A stretch of DNA of 64,000 nt, taken from Candidatus Aenigmatarchaeota archaeon (lineage in GTDB: Archaea; Aenigmatarchaeota; Aenigmatarchaeia; CG10238-14; SCSR01). The stretch spans positions 64,001 to 128,000 of the forward strand of contig JAWBWS010000002.1 of assembly GCA_038999725.1 (NCBI GenBank), given 5' to 3'. Every line of letters starts with the position of its first letter. The first letter of the stretch is position 1. The notes beneath the pieces are model-generated. The model was given only the letters and a program-made list of their open reading frames with translations, made no database searches and was not told the DNA's origin. A program made the position numbers and the translations under genes. Shown here in pieces: positions 18,348-27,473 of the stretch.

Positions 18348-20035
18348 TTCAAGTCACCTTTATCTATCAAATAATTGTTTAAAACCAAGTAATCTATGTT
18401 TGTTTTCATAAAATCATTTAAAGCATCTTGTGGTGAACAAACTATAGGCTCACCTCTTAGGTTAAAAGAAGTATTTATAACAGCTGGAACTCCTGTTAAA
18501 GAATAAAATTCTTCAATTAGCTTATGATATAGCTTTTCTCTTTTTTCAACTGTAGTCTGAGGTCTTGCTGTTCCGTCAACGTGTGTTGCAGAAATAATTT
18601 CTTTTCTTTTCTCATTTTTTACTGGTAAGGTAATAATCATGAAAGGCATATCTAGATCAAATTCAAAATATCTTTCAACTTCACCTAAAATGAGGGATGG
18701 AGCAAATGGTCTAAACCATTCTCTCTGTTTAACTTTCTTATTCAATATATCTTTCATTTTTGGATTTGAGGGATTTGCCAAAATACTTCTATGACCCAAA
18801 GCTCTTGGTCCCAATTCCATTCTGTCTTGAAACCAACCTACAACTTTATCTTTAGCTATAGCTTCTGCTGTAGCCCTTACTATTTCTTTATCACTCAACT
18901 TTTCAAACTTTATTTTTCTTGATTCGAGTAATTCCTTTATTTCCCTCTTAGAAAATTTTGGACCTAAAAACACATGTTTCATGACATATTTTCTTTTTTT
19001 ACCTAAAATTTTGTTATAAGTGTATAAAGCTGCACCTAGAGCTCCTCCAGCATCTGTAGCTGCTGGTTGAAAGAAGACATTTTTAAAAATTTTACTCATC
19101 AAAATTTTTCCATTCGCTACAGAATTCAAAACAACACCGCCAGCCATGCATAAATTTTCACATTTTGTTAGGTCAAAAGCATGTTTAACTATCTTCAGAA
19201 TAACTTCTTCAGTAATTCTCTGTAGAGAGGCTGCAATATCCATATGTCTTCTTTCTATTTTTTCCTCGGGTTTTCTTGCTTTCCCAAACTCTTTTTCCAA
19301 CTCGTCAGAAAACATTCTTTCACTATGTGTATAGGAGAAATACCTCATGTTGAGTTTGAAACTTCCATCATCCTTAAAATCAATCAACTTTTTGAATTTG
19401 TTATAGTAAATTGGCTTCCCCCAACCTGCTAACCCCATTACCTTATACTCATCGCTCAAAACTTTGAAACCCAGATAGGAAGTTATTGTGCTGTAAAGAA
19501 GACCGAGGGAATGGGGAAAATTTATCACTTTTAAAGTTTTAATTTCATTTCCTTGGCCATAATGAATTGCTGTTGTTGTCCATTCCCCCACAGCATCTAT
19601 AGTAACTATAGCTGCCTCATCAAAAGGGGAGGAAAAAAAGGCGCTGGCAGCATGAGATTTGTGATGAGGGACAAAAAGAGTCTCATGTGTGTAATCAAGA
19701 TTTTTCTTTATCATCTCAGGCATTCTTAATTTTTCAAGTATCCACTGTGGTAAAGCATCTCTAAACATTTTGAAAGAATTGGGGAATGTTTCAACACAAG
19801 TTTGGAGAATTCTTTCAAATTTTTGAAAAGGTTTTTCATAAAAAACCACATAGTCTAATTTTTCAGGATTTACATTGGCTTCTTTAAGGCAATAGTTTAT
19901 TACATTCTTTGGAAAGCTGTTATCGTGTTTGACCCTTGTAAACCTTTCCTCTTCTGCTGCAGCTATTACTCTTCCGTCCTTGAGAATACAGGCTGATGAA
20001 TCATGAAAAAAACAAGAAATTCCTAACACATACAT
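18344..20035 (-). CDS. NodU/CmcH-family O-carbamoyltransferase (SxtI-like)
   Basis: MYVLGISCFFHDSSA, EEERFTRVKH, HHKSHA, GPRALGHRS, INTSFN. Confidence 0.95.
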   Translation of the reverse strand: MYVLGISCFFHDSSACILKDGRVIAAAEEERFTRVKHDNSFPKNVINYCLKEANVNPEKLDYVVFYEKPFQKFERILQTCVETFPNSFKMFRDALPQWILEKLRMPEMIKKNLDYTHETLFVPHHKSHAASAFFSSPFDEAAIVTIDAVGEWTTTAIHYGQGNEIKTLKVINFPHSLGLLYSTITSYLGFKVLSDEYKVMGLAGWGKPIYYNKFKKLIDFKDDGSFKLNMRYFSYTHSERMFSDELEKEFGKARKPEEKIERRHMDIAASLQRITEEVILKIVKHAFDLTKCENLCMAGGVVLNSVANGKILMSKIFKNVFFQPAATDAGGALGAALYTYNKILGKKRKYVMKHVFLGPKFSKREIKELLESRKIKFEKLSDKEIVRATAEAIAKDKVVGWFQDRMELGPRALGHRSILANPSNPKMKDILNKKVKQREWFRPFAPSLILGEVERYFEFDLDMPFMIITLPVKNEKRKEIISATHVDGTARPQTTVEKREKLYHKLIEEFYSLTGVPAVINTSFNLRGEPIVCSPQDALNDFMKTNIDYLVLNNYLIDKGDLK

Positions 20036-20043
20036 ATATACCA

Positions 20044-20256
20044 CTAATATTGACTTTTGTAATCTTCTTCCTCTTCTGGTTCCAACCAATAGCTTTCTTT
20101 ATTTTCTTTTTTTAAAATTGTTGAGAGCTTCCACAAAAGGAAAGACAAGCTGATACCCAACCAATATGAAAGTGTGTTAACAAAAAGATTTGTGATAAAT
20201 ATAGAAAACTCTTTTAACTTTTCTACTCCACATCTGATATTTTCAAATTTACCCAT
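20044..20256 (-). CDS. SxtJ-like small membrane protein
   Basis: TM segment, then SYW...DYKSQY C-terminus; lies between the SxtK-like gene and the carbamoyltransferase. Confidence 0.65.
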   Translation of the reverse strand: MGKFENIRCGVEKLKEFSIFITNLFVNTLSYWLGISLSFLLWKLSTILKKENKESYWLEPEEEEDYKSQY

Positions 20257-20261
20257 AGCTA

Positions 20262-20423
20262 TCATATCAGGGGATACATAAATAATGGCACGGGCGAAAC
20301 CTGAGCAGCTATAGTTAACAAACCTAGTATGAACAATAAGCAAATTAATGGAACAAGCCACCATTTTTTAGTCTTCCATATGAATTTTAAAATGTCCATG
20401 AGAAGATAAAATCTTCTCACCAT
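20262..20423 (-). CDS. SxtK/DUF5989-like small membrane protein (53 aa)
   Basis: Translated by hand: MVRRFYLLMDILKFIWKTKKWWLVPLICLLFILGLLTIAAQVSPVPLFMYPLI. Confidence 0.85.
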   Translation of the reverse strand: MVRRFYLLMDILKFIWKTKKWWLVPLICLLFILGLLTIAAQVSPVPLFMYPLI

Positions 20424-20556
20424 ACATATCCAATTTATATTATGGATTGAGAGTACTATAATTTTCGTTCTTCTATTCCTTTCTATTTCTCGACACTTCT
20501 AACAAAGAATAGGCAAATTTATTATTTTATAATCAAATTAAACTTCAAGAAGATTT

Positions 20557-21663
20557 ATGGAAGAATTGATTGAAAGATTGTTAGAATGGGGGAGAGGTAA
20601 AACCCAAGGACCCTTGAGCATACATTTAGACCCCACGAATAGATGTAATTTGAGATGTAGGTTTTGCTGGCAACGTTCTCATGAGAGGTTTGGTTGGCTC
20701 GATAGAAAAAATGAACTCCCAGAGAAAAAGCTTCTGGAAGTCGTGAGAGAGGCTGCAGAACTTAAAGTAAAAGATTGGCTCATCTCTGGTGGTGGAGAAC
20801 CTTTTGTGAGATTATCAACTACAACAAAACTTATGGTTGAAATAAAAAAACATGGAATGTATGGTGATATAATCACGAATGGCACACTATTGGATGAAAT
20901 TCACATAAGAAAAATTGTTGAAGCGGGATGGGATGTTATGCGATTCAGCGTGAATGCCCCTGATGAGAAAACTCATGATTTCATGGTTGATTGTAAAAGA
21001 TCTTATCAAAAAGTAATTGAAAACATCAAAACTACCCAGAAAATAAAGAAAAAGTTGGGTAAGGAAACACCTGTAATTGGTTTTAACACAGTAATCACTA
21101 GTAAAAACTACTTCTTGTTTCCCTCTTTGGTAGACTTATTGGAGGAATTGGGAGGGAAGATTCTCAATGTCCAAACTATAATTCTTTATGACAAGGTTGA
21201 AAAAATTTGGTCTTTGAATGAAGAAGAAAAAAAAGATTCTATAAAATATTTAAAAGAAGCTGCTAAAAAATGCAAAAAATATGGGATAAAAACTAATCTT
21301 GATAGCTACACGAAAGAGGATGTGATAGAAAAAACTACGGAAATGGATTCTATAGTAGAGCTTGGGAAAAAAGAAATAAAAAAAGTCAAGTCAAAAAACA
21401 AGTTGGTTAAAGCATTTTGTTATGAGCCTTTTTATTTGGTAACTATAAGAGCGAATGGAACAGTCGGCTCTTGTAGACTTTTTGGAGATAAGGGAGATAA
21501 TCTTCATACAAAAACTCTCAAAGAGATTTGGTTTGGTGAATATTTCAACAAAGCAAGGGCTACTTTACTAAAAGGTCCACAATCTTTCTGCTCGAAATGC
21601 GGCTCTAACGAAATTTTAGAGCAGATAAGGATAAGGAATGAATTAGTGAAGGTGTTGGGCTAA
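20557..21663 (+). CDS. radical SAM/SPASM-Twitch protein
   Basis: CNLRCRFC, GGGEP, CYEPF, CSKC. Confidence 0.9.
   Translation: MEELIERLLEWGRGKTQGPLSIHLDPTNRCNLRCRFCWQRSHERFGWLDRKNELPEKKLLEVVREAAELKVKDWLISGGGEPFVRLSTTTKLMVEIKKHGMYGDIITNGTLLDEIHIRKIVEAGWDVMRFSVNAPDEKTHDFMVDCKRSYQKVIENIKTTQKIKKKLGKETPVIGFNTVITSKNYFLFPSLVDLLEELGGKILNVQTIILYDKVEKIWSLNEEEKKDSIKYLKEAAKKCKKYGIKTNLDSYTKEDVIEKTTEMDSIVELGKKEIKKVKSKNKLVKAFCYEPFYLVTIRANGTVGSCRLFGDKGDNLHTKTLKEIWFGEYFNKARATLLKGPQSFCSKCGSNEILEQIRIRNELVKVLG
20632..20671 (+). repeat. 40-bp exact repeat, second copy at 21741-21780
   Basis: CCCACGAATAGATGTAATTTGAGATGTAGGTTTTGCTGGC occurs in two adjacent rSAM genes. Confidence 0.9.
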
Positions 21664-22751
21664 TGTTTGAAGATAAAATAGCTGAGAGGATTTTAGAATG
21701 GGGAAAGAAAGAGGTTGGGCCATTTGAAGTTCAATTCAATCCCACGAATAGATGTAATTTGAGATGTAGGTTTTGCTGGCTAAGGGATTTTGATAAAGGT
21801 GGGTTAAATCTAGAAGAGCTAAGCACTAAAAAATATTTGGAAATTGTAAAAGAATGCAGCAAGATGGGAGTCCACACAATTGAGATAACTGGTGGTGGTG
21901 AACCATTGATGAGAAAGGATTCTCTAACCTTAATGAAAAGTGTTAAGCGTCATAAGATTTATGGTAGACTGATAACCAACGGTACTCTTTTCTCAGAAAA
22001 CATGTTAAATACACTTATAAAAATAGGGTGGGATGAAATAGTTTTCAGTCTTGATGCTCCTGAGAGAAGTGTAAACGATTATTTGAGAGGTAAGAGCTTT
22101 GATCGGGTAGTTAAAACAATAAAGACGCTTCAGATAATGAAGGTTGAGAGAAAGAAAGAAAAGCCAGCTGTAAATATTCATATGGTGCTTTGCAACAAGA
22201 ATTTTCACCTTTTACCGAAGATGTTTGAATTTGCTTATGATTTGAATTGTAGAAATTTAGTTGTAGAGCCAATAGTCTTGCTCGCTACAAAAACTAAAGC
22301 TGGTAGAGAGTTGTTGTTCAGAAAAAAAGATAAAAACTCTTTACTCAAATTCATTCGTGAAGCAACTAAAATTGCACATAAGCACAACTTTCAAACAAAT
22401 ATTGATAAACTGGAGTTTAAGCTCATAGAAAGCACTACAAAAATGAAAAAGATTGTTAGAAAAGAGGGTGAAAAAGAAGAAATTCTCTGGGCATCTTTAG
22501 CATGCTATCAACCCTTTTATCATATTATAATAAGGCCATGGGGGATTGTTGGTCCATGTTGTATGTTTGATAATACAGGCGAAAATATAGCAGAAAAATC
22601 TTTAAGAGAAATATGGTTTGGGGAATTTTTCGAAAAAATGAGGAAGAAGATGTTGGATAGAAATTTACCAAATTTTTGCTCAAAGTGTAATCCAAGCCAA
22701 ATACAAGAAAACAGGAAGATAAGAGAATACATTAAAAGATTAAGTGATTGA
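21663..22751 (+). CDS. radical SAM/SPASM-Twitch protein
   Basis: CNLRCRFC, GGGEP, CYQPF, CSKC. Confidence 0.9.
   Translation: MFEDKIAERILEWGKKEVGPFEVQFNPTNRCNLRCRFCWLRDFDKGGLNLEELSTKKYLEIVKECSKMGVHTIEITGGGEPLMRKDSLTLMKSVKRHKIYGRLITNGTLFSENMLNTLIKIGWDEIVFSLDAPERSVNDYLRGKSFDRVVKTIKTLQIMKVERKKEKPAVNIHMVLCNKNFHLLPKMFEFAYDLNCRNLVVEPIVLLATKTKAGRELLFRKKDKNSLLKFIREATKIAHKHNFQTNIDKLEFKLIESTTKMKKIVRKEGEKEEILWASLACYQPFYHIIIRPWGIVGPCCMFDNTGENIAEKSLREIWFGEFFEKMRKKMLDRNLPNFCSKCNPSQIQENRKIREYIKRLSD
21880..21913 (+). repeat. 34-bp exact repeat, second copy at 22963-22996
   Basis: TTGAGATAACTGGTGGTGGTGAACCATTGATGAG occurs in two adjacent rSAM genes. Confidence 0.9.
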
Positions 22752-23825
22752 ATGGATGGAAAAATAGAAAGATTGATTGAATGGTCTGCGGGAAGGAGGG
22801 CAGCTCCATTCACCTTAGACATCAATCCTACTGATAAATGCAATTTTAAGTGTAAGCATTGTTGGCAAAGGGCATTTGAAAAAATTGATTTTAGTTATGA
22901 ACTTTCTGACAAGAAGCTAATAGAAGTTGTGAAGGAGGCTATAAAATTTGGGGTGGAAGAATTTGAGATAACTGGTGGTGGTGAACCATTGATGAGGAAA
23001 GAATTAACGTTAAAAATAATGGAAGTGATTAAAAAAAACAAAAAATTTGGAAACATAACGACTAATGGCAGTTTATTGAACTTGGAGGATATAAAAAAAA
23101 TGGTAAAAATTGGTTGGGATAGAATCACTTTTAGTTTGGATGGGGCTGACCCAAAATCAAATGATGCTGTACGAGGAAAGGGAAGCTTTGAGCAAGTTAT
23201 GAATTCTATAAAGCTGTTAAATGATGTGAAAAAGAAGATGAAAAGCAATTTACCTATTATCAAATTCAATGTAGTGGTTAACAGAAAAAATTATAGAGTT
23301 GAAAAAATGATAGAGTTGGCAAAAAAGGTGAACTGTTCAATTGTTCATTTCGATTCCCTTACAATTCATTCTAAAATGGGGGAAAAATTGAAGTTAACAA
23401 AAAGGCAACAAGCAGAATTTGAAAAGCATGCTAAAATTGCAAAGCAACTGGCTGAAAAGTTTAAGATATGGACTGATGTAAATCTTTTAACCAGTAAATT
23501 CTTGGAAAAATCAAATGAAATGGAAGATTTACTGGAAAAGGAAAGTGATTCAAAAGACTTCTTTTCTTTAGTTTGCTATGAGCCTTGGTGGCATCTTGTG
23601 ATAAAGACTAATGGTACAGCTCAACCTTGCTGTTTGTATGATGAAAAAGAAGAAAGTGTGAAAAACAAGAGTTTGAGGGAAATCTGGTTTGGTGAATTTT
23701 TTGAAAAAATAAGAAAGAGTATAAAGCAAAAACATTTTTCAAAATATTGTTCTATTTGCAATGCCGGGCAAGTTTTTGAAAACAGAAGAATAAGGGAAGA
23801 ATTGGGAAAATGGAGGAAAAAATAA
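22752..23825 (+). CDS. radical SAM/SPASM-Twitch protein
   Basis: CNFKCKHC, GGGEP, CYEPW, CSIC. Confidence 0.9.
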   Translation: MDGKIERLIEWSAGRRAAPFTLDINPTDKCNFKCKHCWQRAFEKIDFSYELSDKKLIEVVKEAIKFGVEEFEITGGGEPLMRKELTLKIMEVIKKNKKFGNITTNGSLLNLEDIKKMVKIGWDRITFSLDGADPKSNDAVRGKGSFEQVMNSIKLLNDVKKKMKSNLPIIKFNVVVNRKNYRVEKMIELAKKVNCSIVHFDSLTIHSKMGEKLKLTKRQQAEFEKHAKIAKQLAEKFKIWTDVNLLTSKFLEKSNEMEDLLEKESDSKDFFSLVCYEPWWHLVIKTNGTAQPCCLYDEKEESVKNKSLREIWFGEFFEKIRKSIKQKHFSKYCSICNAGQVFENRRIREELGKWRKK

Positions 23826-24883
23826 AAAGACTTGTAAGATGGTCTAAAGGAAGAAAGAGTTTACCTTACAGTATAGAATTGAGTCCAACTTTGAGATGTA
23901 ATTTGAATTGTCTTTTTTGTTGGAGATATGGGAAAAAGATTGAGTATGGAGATGAATTGACATTGGAAGAATATAAAAGGATTTTAAAGGAAGCTGAGGA
24001 GCTTAAGGTGAGAGAAATAAGAATCATAGGAGGAGGTGAACCCTTGTTAAGGAAAGATACTTTCGAATTAATGAAGGAAGTTAAAAAACATGGGATGTTC
24101 GGATACATTTGTACTAATGGTACACTCTTTTCAGATGAAGCTATAAAAACATTGGTATCAATTGGGTGGGATCATGTAAAAATTAGTGTTCATGCCCCTG
24201 ATAAAAAAACTCAAGACTTTTTAGCCCAAGGGAAAAGTTTTGAGAGGCAAATAAAAAACATAAAAAGTTTTGTTGGATGGAAAAGGAAATTGAAATCGGA
24301 GAGCCCGAAAATTGAAATTGGCCTTGTCTTGAATAGGCTGAACTTCAGAAAAGTAATGGATATGGTAAAACTGGTAAAGAAATTGAATGTACAAGCATTT
24401 TTCATTGAGCCAATAACTGTGTATACCAAAATTGGAAAAAATTTGAAATTAAGAAATGAAGAGAGTGAAGAATTCAAAGAAATAGCAAGAAAAGCTTATT
24501 CTATTTCAAATGGTTTGGAAACAAACTTACAACAATTTTTTTCACGGGAGCTTATAGAAAAGACTGGAAAGATGTTAGAAGAAATCAAAAAACTAGTAAA
24601 GAGTGTGAGGGATGATTTTCTTTCAATCCCTTGTTATGAGCCCTGGTGGAGAATGGGGATAAGGGTAGATGGATGGGTTTGTCCTTGTGGATTTTTGGAT
24701 CAAAACACCAGAGAAAATGTGCGTAATAAGAGTTTAAAGGAAATCTGGTTTGGTGAATATTTTGAGGAAAGGCGAAAACAATTGCTTCAAAAAAATATGC
24801 CAAAATATTGCCAGAAATGTTGCACTACTTTGGTCCAATATAATCAAATAATAAGGGAAGAACTTTCAAAATTCATAGGCTGA
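23810..24883 (+). CDS. radical SAM/SPASM-Twitch protein
   Basis: CNLNCLFC, GGGEP, PCYEPW, CQKC. Confidence 0.9.
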   Translation: MEEKIKRLVRWSKGRKSLPYSIELSPTLRCNLNCLFCWRYGKKIEYGDELTLEEYKRILKEAEELKVREIRIIGGGEPLLRKDTFELMKEVKKHGMFGYICTNGTLFSDEAIKTLVSIGWDHVKISVHAPDKKTQDFLAQGKSFERQIKNIKSFVGWKRKLKSESPKIEIGLVLNRLNFRKVMDMVKLVKKLNVQAFFIEPITVYTKIGKNLKLRNEESEEFKEIARKAYSISNGLETNLQQFFSRELIEKTGKMLEEIKKLVKSVRDDFLSIPCYEPWWRMGIRVDGWVCPCGFLDQNTRENVRNKSLKEIWFGEYFEERRKQLLQKNMPKYCQKCCTTLVQYNQIIREELSKFIG

Positions 24884-25088
24884 ATGTGAAAATTATAATT
24901 GAAATATAAAAAATGCTACTTCCCAGAATTATCATATATCCTCCTACAGGTCGATTAATTCCCGAGCCCATGAGATAAACACCACCTGAAAGTAGGATGA
25001 TGCTGATGAGAATAGAATAAAATAAAATGTTGTTCATTCTTCTCTTAAGTTCTTTTGAAAAATTTTTTGCTCTTAGCTTTATTTTCAT
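24873..25088 (-). CDS. small two-TM membrane protein
   Basis: Two hydrophobic helices; fills an intergenic gap; start uncertain. Confidence 0.5.
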   Translation of the reverse strand: MKIKLRAKNFSKELKRRMNNILFYSILISIILLSGGVYLMGSGINRPVGGYMIILGSSIFYISIIIFTFSL

Positions 25089-25123
25089 ATTTTTTATTTT
25101 TTGGTTTCAGAGTATTTATTTTT

Positions 25124-26323
25124 ATGAAGGTTTGTATAATCAGTAGGGGGGACTTAAGCTTATTCCCACCCACTCAAGGTGCTTCTTACAAATTGTTCTA
25201 TACACTTAAAGCTCTCTCTGAAGCTGGGGTAGAAGTTTATTTTGTAACAGCTGAAGATGAATTTTACTATAGGGTTGAAGGAGGAAAATTTGAGAAAAAA
25301 CCTTACCCATCTTTGCTTAGAAACTCCAAGTTAAAACCCTTTCAAAAGAGACTTCTTTCTCTTATTGGCATACCTCATGATATATATCCTATCTACCATC
25401 CCTTGGTTAATTTTAAACTTTGGTTAAGACTCTTTTATGTGGCGAGAAAAGAAAAGATTGACATCATTCAAGCTGAATTTACCACTTTTGCTATTCCCGC
25501 TATTCTTGTGAAGCTATTAACAGGCATTCCGGTTTGTTTGGTTGAGCACAATGTAGAATCATTTCAGATTCCACAGATAACAGAAATAAGAGAAAGGGGG
25601 GAAAAGCTTGTAAGATTTGTGGAAAAGAATGTTTGTAACATTTCAGATAGTGTTATAGCTATAACAGAAGAAGATAAAAGACGTCTACAGCTCATAGGTG
25701 TGAAGAAAGAAAAAATTAAAGTTATACCTTTTGGAGTTGATTTAAAAGCATATAATGTTAAGAGAAGTGAAATTTCAAAAGTTAAGAAAAAACTCAAACT
25801 TAAGTTTCCTACTTTAGTTTTTCATGGCACTTATTCCTACAAACCAAATCTAGATGCAGTAAAATTTTTATCTCAAGTTGTCATGCCACATCTCAGAAAG
25901 AAGAAAATAAAAGCTAAACTCTTGGCTATAGGCGACTTCCCACCAAAAGATATAAAAGAAAAAGATGTAATTTTCACAGGAGTTGTTGAGAATTTGCCTA
26001 CATATTTAAAAGCAGCCGATATTGCTGTTGTTCCTATAGTAGCTGGAGGTGGGATGAGAATAAAAATTTTGGAGTATTTTGCCGCCCAGATACCAGTAGT
26101 TTCTACATCCTTTGGAGCGGAGGGTATACCTGTAAGAGATGGTGAAGAAATTGTTATTGCCAAACTAAAGGACTTCCCGGAAAAAGTGAAAAAGCTCATC
26201 AAAGAGAAAAGATTAAGAGAAATGATAAAGAGAAGGGCTTTTCTCTTCATAAAAGGGTGGGAGTGGAAAAAAATAATAGAAAAATACATAGAGGTTTATA
26301 GAGAGTTGACTAATAAGAATTAA
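25124..26323 (+). CDS. GT4 family glycosyltransferase
   Basis: MKVCII, EHNVE, GGGMRIKILEYFAA. Confidence 0.9.
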   Translation: MKVCIISRGDLSLFPPTQGASYKLFYTLKALSEAGVEVYFVTAEDEFYYRVEGGKFEKKPYPSLLRNSKLKPFQKRLLSLIGIPHDIYPIYHPLVNFKLWLRLFYVARKEKIDIIQAEFTTFAIPAILVKLLTGIPVCLVEHNVESFQIPQITEIRERGEKLVRFVEKNVCNISDSVIAITEEDKRRLQLIGVKKEKIKVIPFGVDLKAYNVKRSEISKVKKKLKLKFPTLVFHGTYSYKPNLDAVKFLSQVVMPHLRKKKIKAKLLAIGDFPPKDIKEKDVIFTGVVENLPTYLKAADIAVVPIVAGGGMRIKILEYFAAQIPVVSTSFGAEGIPVRDGEEIVIAKLKDFPEKVKKLIKEKRLREMIKRRAFLFIKGWEWKKIIEKYIEVYRELTNKN

Positions 26324-26332
26324 GGTGTGTGA

Positions 26333-27469
26333 ATGAAAATTTTGTTTGTAACTCCTTTTTATCTATTTCCACCCTATTGGGGAGGGGGGACAAGAACTTA
26401 TAATTTAGTAAAACATCTTGCAAAAAACCATGAAGTTTTTTTAATATCGCCATTTTATAGACAGTTTGAAGAAAAGAGAATCAACACTCATAGATTCGAG
26501 CTCGAGAGATTGGGTGTAAAAGTGTTTACTCCAAATCCTTTAGTTAGGATTGAACATCCATTTACAAAACATATCAATCCAGAAGTTATTTTGAAGGGTT
26601 TAGAAATAATTTTGAAGGAAAAAATTGATGTGATGATTTGTGATTATCCTTGGGCTGGAATAAATGTTTTGGTCCTTCACTTTCTTACAAGAATACCCTT
26701 TATTCTCCATGAACACAACATAGAGTTTATAATTAAGGATGAAATTCGAGCAAAGTATGGGAGACTAATGAAACTACTAGAGCTTTTGTTATGTAAAGCT
26801 TCGAAAAAAGTAGTGGTTGTGTCTCAGAACGATAAAGAGTTAATGATAAAGACTTTGAAAGTGAACAAAAAGAAGATTAGTGTAGTTGAAAATGGATTTG
26901 ATAAAAATCTCTTCTATCCAAAGAGAAATAGCATGGAAAAAATTAGAAAGAAGTATAATTTGGGAAACAATCCAATTGTTCTGTTTTTCGGTAAACTTGA
27001 TTACCCACCAAATAAGGAAGCTGTGTTTAATATTAGATGGAAAATTATGCCAAAGGTATTGGAAAAAATTCCCAATGCTAAATTTCTCATAGTTGGGAAA
27101 AAATACGAGTTTGGTATAGAGCATGAGGCAATGGTCTTCACTGGTTTGGTTGATGATATTGAAAATTACATAAATGTGGCTGATGTTGTGATTGTTCCAA
27201 TTCTTGCAGGAAGTGGAACCAGGATTAAAATTTTGGAGGCAATAGCATGTGGTAAAGTTGTTGTTAGTACCTCAAAAGGAGCAGAAGGACTTATAAATGA
27301 GTTAACTAAACCTTTCTTGAAAATAAGTGATGATTGGGAAACTTTCTCTAATCTGATAGTTGAGAGTATTCAAAATCCAGAAAAAAAAGAAGTTCCAAAA
27401 GAATTTGAGGAAAAATATGCCTGGCAGAACATTTACAAGAAATTTAACAAAATATTGGAGAGTGTGTAG
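26333..27469 (+). CDS. GT4 family glycosyltransferase
   Basis: MKILFVTP..FPP..GG, EHNIE, GSGTRIKILEAIACG. Confidence 0.9.
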   Translation: MKILFVTPFYLFPPYWGGGTRTYNLVKHLAKNHEVFLISPFYRQFEEKRINTHRFELERLGVKVFTPNPLVRIEHPFTKHINPEVILKGLEIILKEKIDVMICDYPWAGINVLVLHFLTRIPFILHEHNIEFIIKDEIRAKYGRLMKLLELLLCKASKKVVVVSQNDKELMIKTLKVNKKKISVVENGFDKNLFYPKRNSMEKIRKKYNLGNNPIVLFFGKLDYPPNKEAVFNIRWKIMPKVLEKIPNAKFLIVGKKYEFGIEHEAMVFTGLVDDIENYINVADVVIVPILAGSGTRIKILEAIACGKVVVSTSKGAEGLINELTKPFLKISDDWETFSNLIVESIQNPEKKEVPKEFEEKYAWQNIYKKFNKILESV

Positions 27470-27473
27470 AAAA

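Noticed and set aside
17214..20423. Saxitoxin biosynthesis
   Set aside because: No sxtA/sxtG-like core genes are present; the I/J/K/L-like module is widespread outside toxin clusters.
264..24883. Classical RiPP cluster, or PqqE/NirJ/MoaA cofactor pathway
   Set aside because: No recognisable RRE/PqqD, peptidase, exporter, repeated precursor family or cofactor-pathway partners are in the window. Not fully excluded, because the array runs off the left edge.
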